In this document: positions 1-6,931 of the stretch, piece by piece
Numbering within the stretch: position 1 is the stretch's first letter
Layout of the letters: every line of letters starts with the position of its first letter
IMG/VR virus record: IMGVR_UViG_3300022937_000089
Location: 1 to 31,652 of that record
From: a virus
Lineage: Duplodnaviria; Caudoviricetes
Length of the DNA: 31,652 nucleotides
Strand: one strand, 5' to 3'
Made by a program: the position numbers and the translations under genes
Notes under the pieces: generated by a model
The model's database searches: none
The model's input: only the letters and a program-made list of their open reading frames with translations
Told to the model about the DNA's origin: nothing

Positions 1-410
1 TGCGTTCAGATACTGGTGCGTTGCAAGGACAATGCTAACTTAAGGCATGAAAGATGTGGCTCTGTGAAAAAGATACAACCACGAAGCAAGTGATTTCGAC
101 TGTTAGGGATTAACTGCTTTCCGCGGATATTGCGAATGCTGAAGTAGGGGGTTGAAGGTCTGCCGCCTCCGTACATATTATATGTAATCTTCTTTAACAG
201 GTTGGTGACGCTAACTCACATGAAGCTCAACAACACTAATTCGTCCGGCAACGGGCGAATTGTGGCTCTACTATCTACATGATGCTAACAAAACTGCTTC
301 GCAGTTGTTGTGTTCATATATAAAAGTTTCGAAGAAGAAAAATGCGTTGAGCGCAAGCGAAAACGCAAGAGATCTTTAGATCTCTATTAAACGTTTTCAA
401 CTGTTGGAAA
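1..410 (+). ncRNA. Putative large structured non-coding RNA, probably truncated at the window's left edge
   Basis: No ORF of 60 aa or more. Dense stems: GTGG 56-59/CCAC 79-82; 83-120 stem whose loop CTGTTA (100-105) matches TAACAG (195-200); TACATA/TATGTA 172-186; 10-bp stem with GCAA tetraloop 238-261; 292-306; 343-367 (tandem GA plus GCAA loop); 368-385; 394-410. G-U pairs and GNRA loops read on the + strand. Confidence 0.6.
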
Positions 411-415
411 TAATC

Positions 416-589
416 TTAAAAGAATGGAAGTTTGGTTTTTTTGGTAGTCTCAAGATTCTCTTCGACAATGTCTCCGATTAACTGTCTTTCCTCTGAACTT
501 AGATGCATGGCTTCGCTGTAGGACATACCTCTCATGTACCAACACACCTTGAGGATATCCTTCTTGAGTGCCCTTGCGTCCTTATCCAT
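416..589 (-). CDS. Small gp51-like baseplate hub/tail assembly ORF (57 aa from ATG), probably also or only made as a -1 frameshift extension of the upstream gene
   Basis: Manual translation, not in the ORF track: MDKDARALKKDILKVCWYMRGMSYSEAMHLSSEERQLIGDIVEENLETTKKTKLPFF. The YS-E-x-M-x-L-xx-EER pattern resembles the small gp51-like ORFs of T4-like phages. No Shine-Dalgarno before the ATG; the frame is open upstream through the slippery site at 643-649. Confidence 0.75.
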   Translation of the reverse strand: MDKDARALKKDILKVCWYMRGMSYSEAMHLSSEERQLIGDIVEENLETTKKTKLPFF

Positions 590-627
590 CTTGTCGGACA
601 GTTCTAAGATCTCTGATACGGGCAGCG

Positions 628-1512
628 TCAGGATCTGCGCTCGAAAAAATCCGATTGATCAAGTGTTACGGGAACATTAAAGTTGTGTTTGCATTCCTCA
701 TTTTCACACTGAACCTTTTGATCAGGAATGTTAACTCCCTGTCTCGTTTCTTCGATATGGGTCTTGAGTTCGTTAAAGATTTCGCTGGTTGTGTTTTCCA
801 AAAATTCCTTGATCTGCTCCGGGTCGCTTACGCTCCCTTCTGGCACCTCAATTTTGTCAACGCACTGCGTAATCATGTCAACTGTCATTGTTGTCAGTTT
901 GACAAAACTCTCATTGAACTTGGTCATCTTTTCGGAATCTGATAGTTTTTCATCATTGATTACCGAAAACACTCTCTGCTGTTCAAGAGCCTTTAGATTG
1001 TTATCCGTCATCTGCTTGTAGGTAAACGGTTTGATGTAAACAGTCATTGCTCCAACCTGTACTGTGGGTTGGAATTGAAACTGCTGTACCCTACCAAGAT
1101 GATCCACCAATGGTAGCGTGTATTTGTTTTCTGTTTCGCACTTAGGACAGTTTGCAAAGAAATCCATGTCCTTGCCATAGGTAGCAACCCTGATTGCCAT
1201 CAAGACAGCATCAAGATCAATAGTGGGCATTACCCACGGATTCTTGATTGCTGGTACGCAACTCTTGATCACTTCAACAGTGCTCTGTCCTGAAAGGAGC
1301 GCATCTGGCGTTTTCAATAATAGTTCGTCCTTGGCTGTCATGGCATAAACTGGATATTCACCATTTTCTGATGCATCAAGGGCATCACCATAATACACAC
1401 CTTTAGATGGCAATTTGATATAGATCTTTGGTTGTCTATAGTAGCCCTGAAGGGGATTTGGTTTCTTTGTTTGTCCCTCTGTTATCGTAACGTTAGGAAG
1501 TTCATCCGCCAT
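628..1512 (-). CDS. gp26: T4 gp26-like baseplate hub assembly protein / tail chaperone
   Basis: 294 aa with IKLPS, MTAKDELLL, IDLDAVLMAIRVATYG, CPKC and C-terminal CENEEC...DFF; GGAG SD upstream; next to the tape measure gene. Confidence 0.8.
   Translation of the reverse strand: MADELPNVTITEGQTKKPNPLQGYYRQPKIYIKLPSKGVYYGDALDASENGEYPVYAMTAKDELLLKTPDALLSGQSTVEVIKSCVPAIKNPWVMPTIDLDAVLMAIRVATYGKDMDFFANCPKCETENKYTLPLVDHLGRVQQFQFQPTVQVGAMTVYIKPFTYKQMTDNNLKALEQQRVFSVINDEKLSDSEKMTKFNESFVKLTTMTVDMITQCVDKIEVPEGSVSDPEQIKEFLENTTSEIFNELKTHIEETRQGVNIPDQKVQCENEECKHNFNVPVTLDQSDFFERRS
643..649 (-). other. Putative -1 programmed ribosomal frameshift heptamer T TTT TTC
   Basis: Minus strand reads TCG GAT TTT TTC GAG CGC AGA TCC TGA. 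The -1 frame continues TTT CGA GCG CAG ATC CTG... to TAA at 416-418. Confidence 0.7.
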
Positions 1513-1523
1513 ATTTTATCTCC

Positions 1524-1531
1524 AATAAATA
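1524..1531 (+). promoter_or_regulatory. T4-late-type promoter (AATAAATA) for the tape measure gene
   Basis: 7/8 match to TATAAATA, intergenic, upstream of the 1593 ATG. Confidence 0.65.
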
Positions 1532-1558
1532 CATTATGTTAAACATATATAGTGTAAG

Positions 1559-1566
1559 TATTTATA
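1559..1566 (-). promoter_or_regulatory. T4-late-type promoter (TATAAATA) for the gp26-like gene
   Basis: Exact T4 gp55-dependent late consensus on the minus strand, about 47 nt upstream of the 1512 start. Confidence 0.75.
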
Positions 1567-1592
1567 TGCGCAGTTTTCTGGAAAAATAAAGA

Positions 1593-4277
1593 ATGGCAAA
1601 AGTAATTATTGATATACCCGGAATTGGAGAAGTAGAAGCCAAAAATGTCGCTTCTGAGGCTACGCTACGTGAATTAGTCAAATTAATGGGCGGAAGTGCT
1701 GGCAACCAGGGTGGTGGTGCTGGCGGTGCAGCGAGCAGTTTGGCCAAGAGCCTTGCTGGTGCCGGGAAATCAAGCGGTTCTCTAACCAAGGCATTTGGAG
1801 GATTGGCAAAAATACCTCTTGCATTGGGCAAGGGATTAATGATAGCGGCCACGGCGGCCTATAAATTTACCAAGTTTGTTGCGGACATGACCAACCAGGC
1901 AAGTGCCGTGTTGGGAAGTTTTGCAGACCTTGACAAGAGCCTAACTGGTGCGGCTGCCAAGATTCCTCTGTTTGGACAAACCTATGCGAGATCGGTCAAG
2001 GCAACGGAAGAATTGGTTAATGCATTCCAGGCAGCGTCCAGCGTTGGTGCGAGTTTTGGAGGCAGCATTCTAAATCTTTCAAACGCGGCAGCACAGGGAG
2101 GCATGACCATAGACGAATATACCAGATTCGTGAGACAGAATGCAAATGCTTTCAGGCTATTGGGCGGCAGCGTTGAAACGGGAAGAAAGAGATTTGAAAG
2201 CATCAGCAAGGAATTAAGAACATCGGGATTGATGACCCAATTAACTGCACTTGGATACACTTCTGCCGAGGTTAACGAAACGGCAGCCAAATACATAGAA
2301 TTAGTAAGCATGATGGGCAGACAACAAAACATGTCTGTGCAGGAACTGGCAATACGTTCGGCAAATTATGCGAAAGAAATTGACATGCTGGCCAAGGTTA
2401 CTGGTGAAACCAGAGAACAACAAATGGATGCACAGAAACAGTTGTTGGCTGATGCACAGTTCCAGGCAAAGATTGACAATATGTCAGTAGACAGTGCCAA
2501 GGCATTGATGGCTTTCATAAATGGTCTGGAACCTGCAATGAGACCAATAGCCAAGGACATCATAGCAACTGGAAGTGCAACAACGGACCTTTCAAGAAAG
2601 TTTGCAGCAACACACGGTGATTCGTTTAGAATGATGCAGGAGTTTGCAAAGATTACGGAGAAGGATGGAATACTGACTCTCCAACAACAAACAAACTTGG
2701 ACAACATGCTACGATCAGAAGGAAATCTAAACGCAGCAAGGTTTAGAGACATAGGTAGATTTAGTTCAGACTTCGCAGGATTGTACAATGTGATGACGGT
2801 AAATTCACGTATGGACGAGGACAGACGAATGAAGGCTGCGGCTGACCAGGCAAAACAGATCAAACTCAGCGACGAATACGTCAAGACCATAGAAACCCTA
2901 AGAAGAAGAATTAACGAAACTTCCATTGAATTTAAAAACTTCCTTGTTTCATCAGGACTGCTAAACGGATTCATGCAGGCATTCGAGACGGTGACAGAAG
3001 TAGTAAGAGCAATATTCATGCCTATACAAAAATTAGGCTCTGCCTTTGCAAGACTGTTTTCAGCGGTGTTTAGTTTATTCAAACCAATCGCAACACTCGT
3101 TAAAAACGCACTCAACCCACTCGTGGACGTATTAGTTCCGGTAGTTGATTTCTTTACAAACATGGTGAATTCGATTTTTCCTGCGGTGGAACTTGGAATG
3201 CTCTACGTCAAGAAAGCATTCTATTCTGTATCGGATTGGGTATCCGATACCTTCAGACCGATCATGGATTTCTTTGGAAGAACCTTCGAAGGCATTGCCG
3301 AATGGTTCAACAACAACTTCGTGATACCTTTCCAAGAAGTAGGATTATGGTTTAGAGAAAAATTTGTCAAGTTTTGGCAGGATTCCATGCAGTGGATTGA
3401 AGAATCGTTAGGACCCCTTTCGGATGCATTTACATGGATGTACAACCACGCAATCAAACCAGTTGCCGAAGGATTCCAGAAGATGAAAAATTGGATGACT
3501 GACTTTATTGATTCGTTCTCGGGTTTTGGAGATGTACTCGAACTGTTTGGAATACAGTTTTCAAAATTAGGAGTGGCATTTGATGAGTTTGGTCTTTGGG
3601 TTGACAAGAAGACCACATTCTTTGAGAATGACGAGGACAGACAAAGATTTGCAGAAAAGCAGGCTGCCATTGATGAGAAGAATAATGAAATCAAGGAAAG
3701 ATCTCAAAAGTTGGCAACCAAGATGGAAGAAACCAAGAACAAGGTTCAGTCAGATCGTGCGATCAAGGAATTGGAAATTCTTGAAGCAAGGAAAAAGCGT
3801 GATAATGAACTTAATACACAGATTGGAAATGCACAGAGCCAACTTTGGAAGGCAGTAACAGGCAAGTCTCTTGATATCGTTGAGAAAAACGAACAGGCAA
3901 AAATAGATGCGCAGAATAAGGGCGGTGTTGATTTTGCCAATCCTTACATTGCACTCGGTTACAAAGCAGCCAAGGAAGACAGTTACCTAATAGGTGATCG
4001 AGGAAAAGGAAACATAAAATCCATTGAAGATCAAAATGCCAAAGATGATGCCAAAAAAGAAGCAGAAGAAAAAGCCAAAAAGGAACAACAATCCAAAAAT
4101 ACAGGTGCGGGAACCAATACAGGATCTTCTTCAGCCACATCTTCGAGTGCCGAGGGTGGATCTACATTAAATAGTATGATGGCACAATTGGTTGAATTAA
4201 ACAAATTACAATTAAAAGCAGCGAATAGACAAATCAAAGTAACGGCTGGACTGGCTGGCGATTTGAATATTACGTAA
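1593..4277 (+). CDS. Tail tape measure protein
   Basis: 894 aa, Ala/Gly-rich and helical. Roughly 11-residue periodic W/F spacing (DWVSDTFRPIMDFFGRTFEGIAEWF...), C-terminal coiled coil, adjacent to the gp26/gp51-like genes. Confidence 0.75.
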   Translation: MAKVIIDIPGIGEVEAKNVASEATLRELVKLMGGSAGNQGGGAGGAASSLAKSLAGAGKSSGSLTKAFGGLAKIPLALGKGLMIAATAAYKFTKFVADMTNQASAVLGSFADLDKSLTGAAAKIPLFGQTYARSVKATEELVNAFQAASSVGASFGGSILNLSNAAAQGGMTIDEYTRFVRQNANAFRLLGGSVETGRKRFESISKELRTSGLMTQLTALGYTSAEVNETAAKYIELVSMMGRQQNMSVQELAIRSANYAKEIDMLAKVTGETREQQMDAQKQLLADAQFQAKIDNMSVDSAKALMAFINGLEPAMRPIAKDIIATGSATTDLSRKFAATHGDSFRMMQEFAKITEKDGILTLQQQTNLDNMLRSEGNLNAARFRDIGRFSSDFAGLYNVMTVNSRMDEDRRMKAAADQAKQIKLSDEYVKTIETLRRRINETSIEFKNFLVSSGLLNGFMQAFETVTEVVRAIFMPIQKLGSAFARLFSAVFSLFKPIATLVKNALNPLVDVLVPVVDFFTNMVNSIFPAVELGMLYVKKAFYSVSDWVSDTFRPIMDFFGRTFEGIAEWFNNNFVIPFQEVGLWFREKFVKFWQDSMQWIEESLGPLSDAFTWMYNHAIKPVAEGFQKMKNWMTDFIDSFSGFGDVLELFGIQFSKLGVAFDEFGLWVDKKTTFFENDEDRQRFAEKQAAIDEKNNEIKERSQKLATKMEETKNKVQSDRAIKELEILEARKKRDNELNTQIGNAQSQLWKAVTGKSLDIVEKNEQAKIDAQNKGGVDFANPYIALGYKAAKEDSYLIGDRGKGNIKSIEDQNAKDDAKKEAEEKAKKEQQSKNTGAGTNTGSSSATSSSAEGGSTLNSMMAQLVELNKLQLKAANRQIKVTAGLAGDLNIT
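4166..4173 (+). promoter_or_regulatory. Possible late promoter (ATTAAATA) inside the tape measure 3' end, serving the portal gene
   Basis: TAAATA core about 115 nt upstream of the portal ATG; the intergenic gap is only 12 nt. Confidence 0.4.
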
Positions 4278-4289
4278 CAAGGATAGATA

Positions 4290-5990
4290 ATGAGTTGGAA
4301 AAAGTATTTTACACCGGTTAATCCAAATAACACAGGCGGCTCAATGAGCCCAATTAGTGGAGGAGGCAGTCCCGGACCGGCACGATCTCATTACTCATCT
4401 TTTCTTCCAGACGTCTATGCAGGTAGTCCAAATCGTATTGAAAAATACATGCAGTACGACACAATGGACATGGATTCAGAAGTAAATGCAGCCTTGGATA
4501 TTCTTGCTGAATTCTGTACAGGCAAGGACAAGGAGAACGCAACACCTTTTAACTTTTTCTTTAGGCAAGCACCAACTGGTGTTGAAACAAAACTGCTCAA
4601 GGAAGCATTACAAAAGTGGACCAAGGTAAATCAATTAGAACAAAGAATTTTTAGAATAGTAAGAAATACATTTAAGTACGGTGACTGTTTCTTTATTCGT
4701 GATCCGGAAACTAAGAAATTATTATATGTTGATCAAGCCAAAGTATCAAAAATAATTGTAAACGAATCAGCAGGAAAAATACCAGAACAGTATGTTGTTA
4801 GAGATATTAATTTTAACTTTAAGAATTTAATAGCAACAACACCACACGGAACTACTAACACATCACCAAGCGGTACTTCATCCTACACAAGCGGTGGAGG
4901 TTTTGGTCGTGGCATGGTTGGTAATGTTGCACAACCCCCTGGCACAAGATTTCATAATCAGCAAAACGAAATTACTGTTGATGCTGAACACATCATGCAT
5001 ATTTCATTATCGGAAGGACTGGACAACAACTATCCATTTGGTAATTCATTGCTCGAAAGTGTGTTTAAAGTTTACAAGCAGAAAGAATTATTGGAAGATG
5101 CTATCATCATTTATAGAATTCAGCGTGCTCCGGAAAGAAGAATATTTTATGTTGACGTGGGTAACATGCCCGCACACATGGCAATGGGATTTGTTGAAAA
5201 GGTCAAGAATGAAATCCAACAGAGACGTATTCCAAGTGCAACTGGCGGTGGAACATCAGTAATTGATGCTTCATACAATCCACTTTCAACTAACGAGGAC
5301 TACTTCTTCCCACAGACTGCTGAAGGACGTGGATCAAAAGTTGAAACACTACCGGGTGGTACCAATCTTGGCGAGATTACGGATCTAAAATATTTTACTA
5401 ATAAATTGTTCCGTGCTTTAAGAATTCCGGCGTCTTATTTGCCAACTTCAATTGATGAACAGCCTAACACAGTAGCAGACGGAAAAGTAGGAACAGCATA
5501 CATTCAGGAACTACGCTTCAACAAATACTGCGAAAGACTACAGGCAAACATTGTTGAATCATTTGATCAAGAGTTTAAATTATGGTTAGACTCAAATGGA
5601 TATAACATTGATTCAAGTCTGTTTGAATTGAAATTTAATCCACCACAAAACTTTGCAGCATACAGACAGGCAGAACTTGATGCAACAAGAGCAAACATCT
5701 ATGGTGCGATACAGGGTGTTCCATTCTTGAGTAAACGTTTTGCAATGAAAAGATATCTTGGTTTATCTCAAGAAGAAATTGTTGAGAACGAAAGATTATG
5801 GAGAGAGGAAAATGCCGCAAACATTTCAGCAGCACAGGATGCTGCGGGCGAATTAAGAAGCGCGGGCATAACTCCTTCCAGCATTTCAGCAGATGCTGAA
5901 ACACAATCAGCCGAAGCACCAGAAGGTATGGCAGCAGCGGCAGAACAACCTGGCGAAGAGGGAGCAGGCGAAGAAACGACCGCTCAATAA
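4290..5990 (+). CDS. gp20: Portal vertex protein (T4 gp20-like)
   Basis: LEDAIIIYRIQRAPERRIFYVDVGNMP, EDYFFP...GRGSKVETLPGG.NLGEI.D..YF..KL..AL..P, and EL.F.K...RLQ are hallmark gp20 motifs. Confidence 0.97.
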   Translation: MSWKKYFTPVNPNNTGGSMSPISGGGSPGPARSHYSSFLPDVYAGSPNRIEKYMQYDTMDMDSEVNAALDILAEFCTGKDKENATPFNFFFRQAPTGVETKLLKEALQKWTKVNQLEQRIFRIVRNTFKYGDCFFIRDPETKKLLYVDQAKVSKIIVNESAGKIPEQYVVRDINFNFKNLIATTPHGTTNTSPSGTSSYTSGGGFGRGMVGNVAQPPGTRFHNQQNEITVDAEHIMHISLSEGLDNNYPFGNSLLESVFKVYKQKELLEDAIIIYRIQRAPERRIFYVDVGNMPAHMAMGFVEKVKNEIQQRRIPSATGGGTSVIDASYNPLSTNEDYFFPQTAEGRGSKVETLPGGTNLGEITDLKYFTNKLFRALRIPASYLPTSIDEQPNTVADGKVGTAYIQELRFNKYCERLQANIVESFDQEFKLWLDSNGYNIDSSLFELKFNPPQNFAAYRQAELDATRANIYGAIQGVPFLSKRFAMKRYLGLSQEEIVENERLWREENAANISAAQDAAGELRSAGITPSSISADAETQSAEAPEGMAAAAEQPGEEGAGEETTAQ

Positions 5991-5996
5991 TAAATA
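5989..5996 (+). promoter_or_regulatory. T4-late-type promoter (AATAAATA), ATG 4 nt downstream
   Basis: Overlaps the portal stop codon: AATAAATA-CAGT-ATG. Confidence 0.7.
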
Positions 5997-6000
5997 CAGT

Positions 6001-6240
6001 ATGCTTCTAAAAGAATTTTTATATTTTAACGACGAGATTAACGACTTTGCTGTTGATAAGAGATACGATAACAGCAAGGACGAATCAGTGATGGATTTAG
6101 ATAATACTCGTAAAATCAGATTGACACTTCGTCAGATAAATGAACTCAGACTTCAGGCAGAAGCACACGAAGCAGAAAGACAATCTGAACTGGGGTTCAT
6201 TAGACAAATGTACGGTACTCCAGTTGAAGCACAAGAATAA
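6001..6240 (+). CDS. Small hypothetical protein (79 aa) after portal, possibly head assembly; likely leaderless
   Basis: Start re-assigned to ATG 6001 (MLLKEFLYF...), which avoids overlap with portal; basic helix RKIRLTLRQINELR. Confidence 0.7.
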   Translation: MLLKEFLYFNDEINDFAVDKRYDNSKDESVMDLDNTRKIRLTLRQINELRLQAEAHEAERQSELGFIRQMYGTPVEAQE

Positions 6241-6865
6241 GCAAAAAGATATAGCATTCGTTTTAGGAAACGGTCAGAGCCGACTCAAGTTGGACTGTCC
6301 TTCGCTATTGAACATTGGAACTGTCTATGGTTGCAATGCTCAGTATAGAGAATTTGATCCTCACTACCTCGTAGCAGTTGATGTCAAGATGGTTAACGAA
6401 ATAATCGATGCCGGTTATCATGCTCGAGGAACACTGTGGACCAACCCTAATAAGGGAATCAAAACCAAGAATCACGTAAATCTCTTCAATCCGCACAAGG
6501 GCTGGTCGAGCGGACCAACAGCACTATGGTTTGCGGCTTCAAACGGACACAAGGACATTTATATATTTGGGTTTGATTATCAAGGATTAAATGGAAAGTT
6601 TAATAATGTGTACGCTGACACGTTTAATTACAAAAAATCAGGCGATTCTGCAACGTTTTTTGGTAATTGGCTAAGCCAAACTGAGAAGGTTGTTAAGGAA
6701 TTTAAGAACACACGTTTCTACAGAATCATAGATAATGGAGCATTTATACCGGATAAATTGGGGCCGCAGCATCCTAATTTAAAGCACATATCTTTCAAGG
6801 ATTTTGAAAATACCTTTGCGGGAACCACCGTAGAAGGTAAAATGACTCAAAAAATGCCCATTTAA
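6224..6865 (+). CDS. Glycosyltransferase-like protein, CstII (GT42)/Maf (DUF115) sialyltransferase-type fold
   Basis: AFVLGNGQSR, YGCNA, PHYLVAVD, SSGPTALWFA, IYIFGFD fit the GNGxS...SG..A...G.D layout of this superfamily. Start uncertain (TTG 6224 chosen; frame open from 6140). Confidence 0.6.
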   Translation: MKHKNKQKDIAFVLGNGQSRLKLDCPSLLNIGTVYGCNAQYREFDPHYLVAVDVKMVNEIIDAGYHARGTLWTNPNKGIKTKNHVNLFNPHKGWSSGPTALWFAASNGHKDIYIFGFDYQGLNGKFNNVYADTFNYKKSGDSATFFGNWLSQTEKVVKEFKNTRFYRIIDNGAFIPDKLGPQHPNLKHISFKDFENTFAGTTVEGKMTQKMPI

Positions 6866-6885
6866 CCCTGATTTTATAACAATAA

Positions 6886-6893
6886 TGTAAATA
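6886..6893 (+). promoter_or_regulatory. T4-late-type promoter (TGTAAATA) for the head core operon
   Basis: 7/8 match to consensus, intergenic, upstream of AAGGAG and ATG 6932. Confidence 0.65.
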
Positions 6894-6931
6894 TATAATG
6901 AAACAGCCTTACCAATTTAAAGGAGAATACA

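Noticed and set aside
1-410. tRNA, tmRNA, RNase P or group I/II intron identity for the left-end element
   Set aside because: No cloverleaf with a proper T-arm (TTCGA at 95-99 is not in tRNA context), and no recognisable P4, P7 or domain V signature; left unclassified.
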